Positions 1-9,151 of a DNA stretch of 64,000 bases are shown here, one piece after another (within the stretch, counting starts at the first letter, position 1; the number at the start of each line of letters is the position of its first letter). This DNA is from Thermoplasmatales archaeon SW_10_69_26 (lineage in GTDB: Archaea; Thermoplasmatota; SW-10-69-26), in assembly GCA_003009755.1 (NCBI GenBank), contig PXUB01000045.1, positions 1 through 64,000 of the forward strand. Reading direction: 5' to 3'. The position numbers and the translations under genes were made by a program. Under the pieces are notes generated by a model. That model searched no databases and was not told the DNA's origin. It saw nothing but the letters and a program-made list of their open reading frames with translations.

Positions 1-445
1 TTCCGACCCTCCGGTGGTTGCAGGCCCGCGGTCGGAGAGGAAATTTTCATCAAATCGAGGGGGAGCGGTGGCTGCGACCCCCCTCAGTCGGGTTGTCGAT
101 GGACACGGCCCGGATCAGAGATCCGGGCGCGGCTAAGATCGCCCGGACGGGCGAGATCTCAGGCGGCGACAACGGCCGAGCATCGGTCCGCCGTCCGGAC
201 CGATCTCGGCTGCGCATCTCCGATTCGTACAGCAAGATGGCCCGCCTGAGAACCTTTCCCCGGCCGTCGCTTCGTTTTGCCCGCGGCCGGGGAAACGTTC
301 GCGAAAACGAGGGGGAGCGGTGTCCGCGATCCCCCGCAGACCGGCGCACCAGAACATTTCCGGCCCCACGGTCTCCCCCCACGAGCGGGTGGCCAGGAAA
401 TGTTCACCAAATCGAGGGGGAGCGGTCTCCGTAACCCCCCCTCAC
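1..445 (+). repeat. Cluster of three copies of a two-hairpin intergenic repeat (family A)
   Basis: Core GGAAA(T/C)(T/G)TTC-N3-AAA(T/A)CGAGGGGGAGCGGT...CCCCC at about 39-85, 291-337 and 396-443. Copies 2 and 3 are preceded by the inverted arm (GAACCTTTCCCCGGCCG...CGGCCGGGGAAACGTTC; GAACATTTCC...GGAAATGTTC). Confidence 0.8.
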
Positions 446-557
446 GGCGAGGCCGCCCGCAGGCGGCGATGATACAATCCTTGCAAGTTGTGAGGTTTCC
501 AAGCGTTGTCGCCGTCGCCATCGACGTAGCCTGTGGCTACTCCTTCGTCTCGGCTCC

Positions 558-615
558 GCGCTTTCACCGCCTGAGGCCGAGCGAGAGCTGAACCCAAGCA
601 CAGCCGGCAGTCTAG
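558..615. repeat. 58-bp dispersed repeat (family B), copy 1
   Basis: GCGCTTTCACCGCCTGAGGCCGAGCGAGAGCTGAACCCAAGCACAGCCGGCAGTCTAG; 53/58 identical to 7282-7339 by manual alignment. Confidence 0.85.
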
Positions 616-631
616 CGCAGGTGTGGGCGTC

Positions 632-1531
632 CTACTCCGCCACGGTCGTCACCGTGACGCCGTCCTCCTCCACGATCATCGTGTGCTCGGCTTGCCCCAC
701 GAGGCCGTCGCCGTCCTCGGTGAGCACGCCGTAGGCCTCGATCGCGCCCGTGCGCTTGAGCGTGCGGAGTACGAGCGGCATCCGGCGCTCGTTGACGCCC
801 TCGTCGACCAGCCAGCGGCTGGCGAAGGGCAGCTCGTCGAACTCGTCCTCGATGATCTCCATCGCCTGACGGACGTCGTTTTGCCGCTGGCGGGTGGTCT
901 GCTCGTAGTGGAAGATGCCGCCGTCCTCGCCCTCGTGGATCTTGCCGACGCCGTCGGTGGCGAAGGGCTCGATCGCGATGACCTGGCCCGCCTCGATCGT
1001 CTTGTCCCCGTGGGGGATGTTGGGGATCGAGATGCCGGCGTGCTGGGTCCAGCGCTCGATCAGGTGGCCGGTCAGGTTCGAGATCGGCTTGGCGCCGTGG
1101 GCCTGCATCGTCGACTGGACGGTGGATCCGATCTCTTTCACGTTGACGCCGGCCTGCACGCGCTCGATGGCCGCGGACAGGGCCTCCTCGGCGGCTTGCT
1201 TGAGCTTGCGGCCGCGGCCGCCGAGCAGCACCGTGGTGGCCGTGTCGCCGATGTAGCCGTCGAGGTGTGCACCGACGTCGACCTTGACGACGTCGCCTTC
1301 CTCGAACGTGCGGTCGTCGCCCGGGCGGGCGGTGTCGTGGGCGGCGTCCTCGTTCACGCTGATGTTGACCGGGAACGCCGGTTCGGCGCCCTCCGAGCGC
1401 ACGTGGTCCTCGATCGCTTCGGCAACCTCGACCCAGTCGGTGCCGACCTCGACGACCTCGTGCGCGAGCTCGCGACCTTCGGCTGCGATGCGCCCGGCCT
1501 CGAGCCACTGCTGGCGTACGTCAGGATCCAC
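632..1531 (-). CDS. map: Methionine aminopeptidase type II
   Basis: AFPVNISVNEDAAH, DVGAHLDGYIGDTA, NLTGH, IEPFAT and EHT motifs. Likely GTG start at 1531, overlapping the Sua5 stop, with GGAGG upstream. Confidence 0.95.
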   Translation of the reverse strand: MDPDVRQQWLEAGRIAAEGRELAHEVVEVGTDWVEVAEAIEDHVRSEGAEPAFPVNISVNEDAAHDTARPGDDRTFEEGDVVKVDVGAHLDGYIGDTATTVLLGGRGRKLKQAAEEALSAAIERVQAGVNVKEIGSTVQSTMQAHGAKPISNLTGHLIERWTQHAGISIPNIPHGDKTIEAGQVIAIEPFATDGVGKIHEGEDGGIFHYEQTTRQRQNDVRQAMEIIEDEFDELPFASRWLVDEGVNERRMPLVLRTLKRTGAIEAYGVLTEDGDGLVGQAEHTMIVEEDGVTVTTVAE

Positions 1532-2117
1532 GCGAAGACGCCTCCTGTATCTGGTCCTCGGAGATGGGGCCTTCCCGTATAACGGTTCCTCGCTCGCCAC
1601 GGGCGTCGACGACGGTGCTCGAGGGGCCGTCCAGACGGCCGGCGTCGACGTAGGCGGCGACCTCGTCCCCGAAGTAGGCGCGGGCCTCCTCGATCGTGGT
1701 CGGGGGATCTCGCCCGGCGGGGTTGGCGCTGGTGGCCACGATCGGGCCGGCCTCCAGCAGCTCCATCGTCGCCTCGCGGTCGACGTGCCGGATCCCGATC
1801 GTGCCCTCGTCGGCCAGGATCGTCCGCGGCGAGCGCGGGGAGGCCTCCAGGATGAGGGTCAACGAGCCCGGCAGGAACGCCTCGGCCAGGCGCTGGGCGG
1901 CGTCGGTCCACGTTGACCACGCGCGAGCTCTCTCGAGACGGGCGAAGATGACGCTGAGGCCTTTGCCTGGAGGCCGGTCGGCGACGGACAACAGGCGTCG
2001 AACGGCCGCTTCCCGGTCGGCCAGACAGCCGAGCCCGTACAGCGTGTCGGTCGGGTAGACGACGAGCTCGCCGGCACGGAGCGCTTCGCGAGCTGCCTGG
2101 ATCTCCTCGTCGACCAT
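1521..2117 (-). CDS. L-threonylcarbamoyladenylate synthase (Sua5/YrdC/TsaC family)
   Basis: YPTDTLYGLG and ATSAN motifs; single YrdC domain, 198 aa. Confidence 0.92.
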   Translation of the reverse strand: MVDEEIQAAREALRAGELVVYPTDTLYGLGCLADREAAVRRLLSVADRPPGKGLSVIFARLERARAWSTWTDAAQRLAEAFLPGSLTLILEASPRSPRTILADEGTIGIRHVDREATMELLEAGPIVATSANPAGRDPPTTIEEARAYFGDEVAAYVDAGRLDGPSSTVVDARGERGTVIREGPISEDQIQEASSRGS

Positions 2118-2160
2118 CGGGATCCGTTCGCGAAAGCTACGGCTGGGACCCTTTTGGCCT

Positions 2161-2381
2161 CTTCCCTCCGTCGGCGCGAGGCGTCAGTCCTCGTCCTCGT
2201 TCAGCGACGCCCTTCGAGTCGACGGCGACGCCGCCTGCAGATGCTCGAGCAAGCCTCACCGCGTCATCGGGCGCTTGGTGGCCGGCCCCCGTGGGCGCCG
2301 GCGCCCCACCGACGCTAGAAACCATCCTTCGTTCCCTCTTCCGCCGGCGCGAGGCGTCAGTCTTAGTCCTCGTCCTCGTCC
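2161..2381. repeat. Imperfect ~40-bp direct repeat of the mbf1 3' end flanking ~130 bp
   Basis: TTCCCTCCGTCGGCGCGAGGCGTCAGTCCTCGTCCTCGT (2162-2200) vs TTCCCTCTTCCGCCGGCGCGAGGCGTCAGTCTTAGTCCTCGTCCTCGT (2332-2379). Confidence 0.7.
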
Positions 2382-2899
2382 ATCTCGTCCTTGATCAGGT
2401 CGCCGAGCGTGACCCCGCTGGAGGAACCCGACGAGCCGCCGGAGACGCGCTGGGTGGTCCCGCCCGGGTCGACCATGAGCTCGATGTCGAGGAACCGTTC
2501 GAGCTTGCCGACGAGATCGTCGCTGGGATGGTGCTCGCCGCGCTCGGTCTTGGCGACGACCGAGCGTTTCTCGTTGATCTCGTTGGACAGCTCCTCGGCC
2601 GTCAGGTCCTTCTTCTCGCGGGCCTTGCGCACGATCTTGCCGTAGTCCTCGGCGAGGATCTCGTCGGCGTCGTCGTAGACGTCCTGGGAGCCTTTCGGTT
2701 GCTGAGAGGAGCCCTGGACGCCGCCGGAGCCGCCGCCGGCGCCTTGCCCACCCGCCGTGCTCGGCGTCGTGGTCGGGCTCGTCGAGGGCTCGTCCACCTC
2801 TTCCCCGTACTCGAGGCAGTCCGAACAGACCCGCATCTTCGTCCCCTCGATCACGGCCCGCTTCAGCGGGGCTTCCTTCCCGCACATCTCGCAGGGCAT
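2363..2899 (-). CDS. mbf1: Archaeal multiprotein bridging factor aMBF1
   Basis: N-terminal Zn ribbon (CEMCG...VCSDC), Cro/C1-type HTH and TLGD tail; adjacent to pan. Confidence 0.92.
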   Translation of the reverse strand: MPCEMCGKEAPLKRAVIEGTKMRVCSDCLEYGEEVDEPSTSPTTTPSTAGGQGAGGGSGGVQGSSQQPKGSQDVYDDADEILAEDYGKIVRKAREKKDLTAEELSNEINEKRSVVAKTERGEHHPSDDLVGKLERFLDIELMVDPGGTTQRVSGGSSGSSSGVTLGDLIKDEMDEDED

Positions 2900-3049
2900 G
2901 TGGACGAACTACGCGACCCGCGGCTGAAGGGTTTTCCCCTAGACACCCCACGGATCGACGCCCTCGACGGGCTCTCAGGCAGGCCGACCGACGAGCTGGA
3001 CAACAAAGCCTTTAACGGAGGGCACGAACGTCCCAGCGAGTGCCGCCCC

Positions 3050-4285
3050 ATGAGCGATGACCTCGACCTCGATCCCTCCGACTGGGATGACTACAGCGAG
3101 TACCTCGCCGAACGGCTCGAGAACCTCGAGGAGCGGAACACGCAGCTCCGCGACCAGAAGCGTGAGATCGAGGCCGAGTACCGCGAGTCGGTGAACGACC
3201 GCAAACGGTTGGAGCGCGAGGTCAAGCACCTGCGCTCCGAGATGGAGAAGCTGAAGGCGCCGCCGCTCGTCGTCGGCTTCGTCAAGGACGTGCTCGAGGA
3301 CGGACGCGTCGTGTGCAAGTCCTCGGCCGGCCCCAACTTCGTGGCCCGGATCGCGGAGTTCGTGGACGGCGACGATCTCGAGCCCGGCGACCGCGTGGGG
3401 CTCAACCAGCAGACGATGAGCGTCGTGGCCGAGCTTCCCCCCAGCCTGGACCCGAACATCTACGGAGCCGAGGTGCTGGAGGAGCCCGAGGTCAACTACG
3501 GGGACATCGGCGGCCTCGACCAGCAGCTCGAGGAGCTGCGCGAAGCCGTCGAGCTCCCGCTGTCCCGCCCGGAAGCCTTCGACGAGGTCGGCATCACGCC
3601 GCCCAAGGGCATCCTGCTCCACGGTCCGCCCGGCACCGGGAAGACGCTGATGGCCAAGGCGGTCGCGGCGCAGACGAACGCGGTGTTCATCCGCATCGTC
3701 GGCAGCGAGCTCGTGCAGAAGTACATCGGCGAAGGCGCTCGCCTCGTACGCGAGCTGTTCCAGATGGCGCGCGACAAGGCGCCCTGTGTCGTGTTCATCG
3801 ACGAGCTCGACGCCATCGGGGCCTCCCGCTACCAGGCCTCGACGAGCGGCGACCGCGAGGTTCAGCGCACCCTGATGCAGCTGCTCAGCGAGCTGGACGG
3901 CTTCGACAACCGTGGCGACGTGAAGATCATCGGCGCCACGAACCGTGTCGACATGCTCGACAGCGCCCTCACCCGGCCCGGTCGCTTCGACCGGCGGCTC
4001 GAGGTCCCCGAACCGGACGTCGAGGGGCGCAGTGAGATCTTCCAGGTTCACACGCGCGGCATGGAGGTCGCCGAGGAGCTGGAGGCCCGCGATCTGGCAC
4101 TGCTCGTCGGCGAGGGCGCCACCGGGGCCGACATCCACGCGATCTGCACGGAGGCCGGCATGCGCGCGATCCGGTCCGACCGGACCGTGGTCAACCGCGA
4201 GGACTTCGAGCATGCCGCGGACAAGGTCAAGGGCCAAGCGATCGACACCGGCGAGCAGCTGACGAAGGACGCCGCGTTCGCGTAA
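3050..4285 (+). CDS. pan: Proteasome-activating nucleotidase (AAA+ ATPase)
   Basis: Coiled coil, OB domain, GPPGTGKT Walker A, VFIDELD Walker B, C-terminal AFA. ATG at 3050 lies downstream of TTTAA at ~3011. Confidence 0.96.
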   Translation: MSDDLDLDPSDWDDYSEYLAERLENLEERNTQLRDQKREIEAEYRESVNDRKRLEREVKHLRSEMEKLKAPPLVVGFVKDVLEDGRVVCKSSAGPNFVARIAEFVDGDDLEPGDRVGLNQQTMSVVAELPPSLDPNIYGAEVLEEPEVNYGDIGGLDQQLEELREAVELPLSRPEAFDEVGITPPKGILLHGPPGTGKTLMAKAVAAQTNAVFIRIVGSELVQKYIGEGARLVRELFQMARDKAPCVVFIDELDAIGASRYQASTSGDREVQRTLMQLLSELDGFDNRGDVKIIGATNRVDMLDSALTRPGRFDRRLEVPEPDVEGRSEIFQVHTRGMEVAEELEARDLALLVGEGATGADIHAICTEAGMRAIRSDRTVVNREDFEHAADKVKGQAIDTGEQLTKDAAFA

Positions 4286-4358
4286 CTGGCCGAACACGGC
4301 GGGCTGAACATCTACGGCTGGACCAGGCCCTATCCCGGAGGCCTGCTCAGGCCTCGCC

Positions 4359-5252
4359 ATGGCCCAGGAACGATCCCGCACGTCGCTGGAGGAGGAAGCC
4401 TCGCACGGGCGCGGGTTCCGCTGGATCGCTGCCCTCGCCGGGCTCGCCGCCCTGGCGGTGGCTGGCCTCGCGGCTGCCGGCCTGGTCTTCCCGGAGTTCG
4501 TGAGCGCCACGTCGCTCACCGTCGGGTTGGCCGGCACGAGCCTGGTGCTCGGGCTCGGCCTCATCGCCGCCCTGGTCTACCTGGATCGGGCCTTCGCCGC
4601 GCTGGGGGACCACCACGCGGCGCTCGTCGACCAACGCGAGGGGTTGGAGTCGGCCCGCGAGGAGGCCTGGGAACGTCACGAGGAGCTGGCGAACCAGCGC
4701 TTCGGCGAGCGCATCGACGAGTTGCGCTCGCGCCTGGAGGAGCTGGACGCCGAGCACGCCTCCCTGGCCCAGCAGACCCGGCGCACGTCCACGCCGACCC
4801 CGTTCGGCGACATCCACGACATCGAGGCCGTGGCCGGGATCGAGGCCACCGAAGCCGACGAGCTCCTCGCGATGGGGGTCTCCGACACCGAGCAGCTGTG
4901 GATGGCCAACGCCAAGCGCGTCGCCGAGAACCTCGACCGGGATCCGCTCACGGTCCGACGCTGGCAGCACGAGGCCGAGCTGATGGCGCTGCCCAGCGTG
5001 GGGCCGCGCTCGGCCGAGATCCTCGTCCGCAGCGGGGTGCGCACGATCGCGGACCTCACCGCCTGGGACCCCGACCGGTTGGCCCAGCGGCTGCAGGACC
5101 GACGCGTGGCCTTCGACACCGAGCCCGAGGAGGATCTGGTCAACCGCGAGCGCGTGGCCGGTTGGATCGAGAACGCTCGCGTGCACGACCCGACGGCCTA
5201 CCGCGTGCACCGGCAACGCGGCGGACGGTCGACCTCCTCGACGCCCGCCTGA
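4359..5252 (+). CDS. Membrane-anchored coiled-coil protein with C-terminal HhH repeats (DUF4332-like)
   Basis: Two N-terminal TM segments, a coiled coil, then IEAVAGI and LMALPSVGPRSAEILVRSGV HhH-like repeats. Confidence 0.7.
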   Translation: MAQERSRTSLEEEASHGRGFRWIAALAGLAALAVAGLAAAGLVFPEFVSATSLTVGLAGTSLVLGLGLIAALVYLDRAFAALGDHHAALVDQREGLESAREEAWERHEELANQRFGERIDELRSRLEELDAEHASLAQQTRRTSTPTPFGDIHDIEAVAGIEATEADELLAMGVSDTEQLWMANAKRVAENLDRDPLTVRRWQHEAELMALPSVGPRSAEILVRSGVRTIADLTAWDPDRLAQRLQDRRVAFDTEPEEDLVNRERVAGWIENARVHDPTAYRVHRQRGGRSTSSTPA

Positions 5253-5256
5253 GATC

Positions 5257-6285
5257 TCACCGCAGCGACCGAACGATGCATCCGCGGTCGGTGTCCACGA
5301 GCTCGGCCGCTTGGCCCCGGAAGGCCTCCAGCACCTCGAGGTTCGTCTCGAGGTGGCTGGTGGCCTCCCGCACGCGGTAGCCGGTCCCGGGCGCGCCGGG
5401 CAGCAAAGGCACCAACTGGTCGGCCAGGTGCACGTCGACGGTGGCCGAGCTCGACAGCTCGGCGACGAGGTCGCCGGCCAGGTTCTTGGCCACCGTCTCG
5501 CTGGGCACGCCTTGCTCGCCGAGCGCGTTCGCCGCCAGCACGGTGTCCCCGTGGTGGGCGAAGGCGTCGACGACGACGCCCGGGCACTCGGCGTCGACGC
5601 GCTCCACGCTCGTGTGCACCGGCGCCTCGTGTCCGCCGAGCAAGCCCTCCGCGGTGCGGTGGATGCGCTCGGGGATGTGGTCGGGCAGGTCGGCGATGCG
5701 AACGTGGACGTCGATCGAGCGCAGCCGGCCGCGTTCGATCGTCGGCTCGGACAGGTCCGGCTCCTCGCGCGGCCCGATCGTGACGGACAGTCGGCCGCCG
5801 CCGACGGGGTAGAAGCCCTCGCGGGCCTGGTTGACCTCGATCGGGACGCCCAGCCGGCGAGCCCAGGGGACAAGCGCCGAGCGGAAGTGCGCCAGCGTGG
5901 GCGCGTGCTTGACGTCGGTGCCGCCCTTGGCCATCAGGGTCAGCGGTTCCTCCAATCGGTCGCTCAAGGGCACGAGCGTGTGCGCGACGAGCACCGTGCT
6001 GGCGGCGGTTCCGGTGTCCACCCGCACGCGGCCGCCGGCGACCTCGCCGGGGTCGATCTGGAAGGTCTTGGCGCCGACCTCGACGCCGGACGTGTCGGCC
6101 GAGCAGGCTTGGGCAACGGCGTCGATCGCGGCCACGTGCTGGGGGCGAAGCCCCGTCGAGGAGCGGTTGGCGCGGGCGTTGCGGACGCGCACCGTCTGGC
6201 CGGTGCAGGCGCTCATCGCGACGGCCGTGCGGACGACCTGCCCGCCGCCCTCGCCGTGGGCGCCGTCGATCTCGACCACGGACAC
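5257..6285 (-). CDS. rtcA: RNA 3'-terminal phosphate cyclase
   Basis: IDGAHGEGGGQVVR, GLRPQH, GGTDV, GFYPVGGG and VDVHLADQL motifs. Confidence 0.95.
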   Translation of the reverse strand: MSVVEIDGAHGEGGGQVVRTAVAMSACTGQTVRVRNARANRSSTGLRPQHVAAIDAVAQACSADTSGVEVGAKTFQIDPGEVAGGRVRVDTGTAASTVLVAHTLVPLSDRLEEPLTLMAKGGTDVKHAPTLAHFRSALVPWARRLGVPIEVNQAREGFYPVGGGRLSVTIGPREEPDLSEPTIERGRLRSIDVHVRIADLPDHIPERIHRTAEGLLGGHEAPVHTSVERVDAECPGVVVDAFAHHGDTVLAANALGEQGVPSETVAKNLAGDLVAELSSSATVDVHLADQLVPLLPGAPGTGYRVREATSHLETNLEVLEAFRGQAAELVDTDRGCIVRSLR

Positions 6286-6327
6286 GAGCCGCCTAGCCCC
6301 CTCGGGCGGGAAACCGTTGCGCCCAGC

Positions 6328-6873
6328 CTACACGGACAGGCGTTCGTCGTCGGTCTCGAGGTCGCCCTTGCGCGATCGGCGCCAGATCGCCCGGAACGAG
6401 GTGGCGAAGGCACCGGGGGCCACGCCCATGCGTTCGTCGATCTCGTGCGGCTCGAAGGCGGTGACCTGGGTGACCTCGTCCTCGTCGGGGTCGAACGTGC
6501 CGGGGTGGATGCCGGCGAACACGTAGTTGAACTCGCGCTCGCCCAGGTCGAGATCCTCGACGTAGGTGCGCCCGACGAACGTGAGGACGGGCGCCTCGAC
6601 GCCGAGCTCCTCGGCGATCTCGCGCTGGGCGGCCTCGCGTGGGTCTTCGCCGGTAGGGACGTGCCCGCTGGCCGAGGAGGTCCACCGCGAGGGGGAGGTC
6701 CGCTTCGTCTGCGAGCGTTTCTGCAGCCACAGGCTGCCTTGCTCGTCGCTCAACAGGACGTGGACGGCCCGGTGGCGCAGCTCGTCGTCGTGCACCGTTC
6801 CGCGCGGCGCCTCGTCGACCCGCTCGTCGTCCTCGTCCACGACGGCCAGGATCTCGGCCTCGTCGTCGGGCAC
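6328..6873 (-). CDS. NUDIX hydrolase, IPP-isomerase type 1-like
   Basis: HRAVHV, LQKRS and Nudix box GEDPREAAQREIAEELGV. Likely GTG start at 6873. WTSSASGH lacks the Idi catalytic Cys. Confidence 0.8.
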   Translation of the reverse strand: MPDDEAEILAVVDEDDERVDEAPRGTVHDDELRHRAVHVLLSDEQGSLWLQKRSQTKRTSPSRWTSSASGHVPTGEDPREAAQREIAEELGVEAPVLTFVGRTYVEDLDLGEREFNYVFAGIHPGTFDPDEDEVTQVTAFEPHEIDERMGVAPGAFATSFRAIWRRSRKGDLETDDERLSV

Positions 6874-7281
6874 ACGATGGACGAGGGCGTTCCCCGACAG
6901 GAACCTTGCGGAACCACCCCCAGCCCGAACCGGGCCGACGATGGGCCCCTGGACGGTCGAGAACCCTCGGCTCGACCGCCAGGGCCTCGCTCGTCGCCGA
7001 CGGGCTCGAGGCGACCCCACGGACGGGTGCCCGGGCCGTGGTCGTGACCCGCGCCGGGGAGCGCGGGCGAGGCATCCAGCTCGCCTACCCAGGGAGCTTG
7101 GGGTCGGCGGTCTGCGCGATCGGGCGGATGGTCGGCGTCCAGTCGTGGCGCAGCGGGATCCGGTTCAGCTCGGCCATCACACCGTGGTCCTCCCCGAGGA
7201 CCGGGAAAAGGCGCTTGGTTGCACGCGTGAACCGACCGAGACTGGCGGTCTTGGTTTGCGTGAGCGCTCGCGCCGGTCCGA

Positions 7282-7339
7282 GCGCTTTCACCGCCGGAGG
7301 CCGAGCGAGAGCTTACCCCAAGCATAGCCGGCAGGCTAG
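7282..7339. repeat. 58-bp dispersed repeat (family B), copy 2
   Basis: Matches 558-615; its terminal CTAG contains the stop codon of the glycerol-3-phosphate dehydrogenase gene. Confidence 0.85.
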
Positions 7340-8916
7340 TCTTGCCAGCGCTCGTGGAGCGCCAGCTCGTCCTCGTAGTCCCCGATGCTGGCCTGCGCCT
7401 GATCGCGATCGACGCCCTCGCTTTCGAGGATCGCGGCCACGTGCTCGGCGGCGTCCCGTCCGCGGTCGGGGCCGGCCCAGGCCAGCGTGCGGCGGCGCAG
7501 CACGTCGGCCACGGTGCGGGCGCTCTCGAGGGCGACGGCGCGCTCGGCTTCACCGGCGAGGATCGAGCCCTCGGCCCCGAGCCCGTCGAGGCCGGCACCG
7601 GCGACGTGGGCCCACTCGCTGCCGTACAGGCGGACCAGGCGGCGGGCCGTGGCGGCCGAGAGCCCCCGCTCGTCGAGCACGCGGCGGGCCTGCCGGTAGG
7701 CGCGGGGCGGATCGACGTCGCCGCCAGGCAGCCGTCGGTCCGTGTCGCACGGCTGGGGCACGTCGTCGAGGTAGCGGGCGGCCGCCTCGAAGAGCTCGCG
7801 AGCGGTGGCGCGAGCGGTGGTGAGCTTGCCACCGACGAGGGACACCATGCCGGGGCGGCCCTCGTCGACGTGGTCGTGGATCTCGGCGCCGCGGGAGACG
7901 TCGCTGGGGGGCACGCCTTCGACGTTGAGCAGGTTGCGGAGGCCGGCGTTCGTGAACCGGACCCGGTCGACCGGGGCATCCGGGAAGTAGCGGCGCAGGC
8001 TGTCCTGGAGGTAGCTGACGTCCTCGCGGGTGGCGTGAACCTCGCGGGGGTCGTCGGTGTAGTCGGTGTCGGTGGTGCCGACCCACTGGTGGCCGTGCCA
8101 GGGGACGGCGAAGAACGTCCGGCCGTCGGTGGCGTTGACGACGACGGCGTGGTCGGTGAACGGGGGCGTGGCCAGGTGGACGCCCTTCGTGAGGCGCACC
8201 ATGCCGTCCTCGGGCCCGGCCTCGTCCAGGAACCGGTCGAGGAAGGGACCGGTGGCGTTGACGACGGTGTCGGCCTCGACGTGCAGCTCGTCGCCGGTGA
8301 GCGTGTCCTCGACGAGGACCCCCTCGATGCGGTGCTCGCCGAGCAGATCGCGGGCCCGGGCGTGGTTGGCCAGGTGGGCGCCGCGGTCGTCGGCTTCGCG
8401 CGCCACGAGCGTCGTGAGCCGCTCGGGGGCGAGGATCTGGGCGTCCCAGTACAGCGCGCCGCCGGTGAGGCCCTCCTCGCGCAGCCCGGGTTCGCGTTCG
8501 AGCACCTGGCGTTTGGTCAACAGCTCGTGGCGGGGGAACCCGCTCCCGCGCGCCAGCAACGAGTACAGGCGGACGCCGATCCGCAGCTGCCAGTCGGGGA
8601 AAGGCGAGTCCTCGTAGAAGGGCAACAGGAACGCGAGCGGGCGCACGAGGTGGGGCGCCTTGTGGACGAGGTGGGCGCGCTCGGTGAGCGCCTCGCGCAC
8701 CAGCCCGAAATCGTACTGGGCCAGGTAGCGCAACCCACCGTGAGCGAGCATCGTCGAGCGCGAGCTCGTGCCGGACGCGTAGTCGACGGCTTCGACGAGC
8801 CCGGTGTCGAGCCCGCAGGCGGCGGCCCAGCGGGCCGTCCAGACGCCGTGGATGCCGCCCCCGACGACGAGCACGTCGAGATCCTCGTCGCCGAGACTGG
8901 CTAGGGCCCGCTTCAC
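7336..8916 (-). CDS. FAD-dependent glycerol-3-phosphate dehydrogenase/oxidase (GlpA/GlpD family)
   Basis: VVGGGIHG, SGTSSRSTMLAHGGLRYL, GTTDT, GGKLTT and DVLRRRT motifs. Confidence 0.92.
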   Translation of the reverse strand: MKRALASLGDEDLDVLVVGGGIHGVWTARWAAACGLDTGLVEAVDYASGTSSRSTMLAHGGLRYLAQYDFGLVREALTERAHLVHKAPHLVRPLAFLLPFYEDSPFPDWQLRIGVRLYSLLARGSGFPRHELLTKRQVLEREPGLREEGLTGGALYWDAQILAPERLTTLVAREADDRGAHLANHARARDLLGEHRIEGVLVEDTLTGDELHVEADTVVNATGPFLDRFLDEAGPEDGMVRLTKGVHLATPPFTDHAVVVNATDGRTFFAVPWHGHQWVGTTDTDYTDDPREVHATREDVSYLQDSLRRYFPDAPVDRVRFTNAGLRNLLNVEGVPPSDVSRGAEIHDHVDEGRPGMVSLVGGKLTTARATARELFEAAARYLDDVPQPCDTDRRLPGGDVDPPRAYRQARRVLDERGLSAATARRLVRLYGSEWAHVAGAGLDGLGAEGSILAGEAERAVALESARTVADVLRRRTLAWAGPDRGRDAAEHVAAILESEGVDRDQAQASIGDYEDELALHERWQD

Positions 8917-9151
8917 GGCGGCTCACCTCGGAGGGCGCTGGTTAGCCTTTCGACTCCGGTACGCGTCGGGCGGGGAGGGGATGGACGTGGGGCAGATGGC
9001 GGAGGGGAGACGATGGCCGCTGGTCGCCAAACGGTGGACGCTCGAAGCTCACGGCGAACCGATGGGCGGATCAGACGCCGACCTCCAGCCTGTGCCGGCC
9101 CGGGCTCCCGTCCCAGCGCCAGGGACCCGCAAGCCCCTCCTCTCCCGCTCT

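Noticed and set aside
1-445. Replication origin (ORB boxes)
   Set aside because: The TTC...AAA...GGGGG pattern is ORB-like, but the spacing differs from TTCCAnnGAAA. No cdc6 or AT-rich unwinding element is visible, and copies are dispersed at gene 3' ends. Not fully excluded because upstream sequence is missing.
1-445. CRISPR array
   Set aside because: Units are degenerate and irregularly spaced, without unique spacers of constant length; no cas genes in the window.
18-601. Short ORFs in the repeat region
   Set aside because: Arg/Pro-rich translations of repeats, unlike the acidic proteome; no recognisable motifs.
6328-6873. Functional type 1 IPP isomerase (idi)
   Set aside because: The catalytic Cys motif is replaced by SSASGH and a type 2 enzyme is present, so it is kept as a generic NUDIX.
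7085-7291. Small ORF between NUDIX and glpA/D
   Set aside because: Overlaps repeat family B, has basic composition and shows no recognisable motif.
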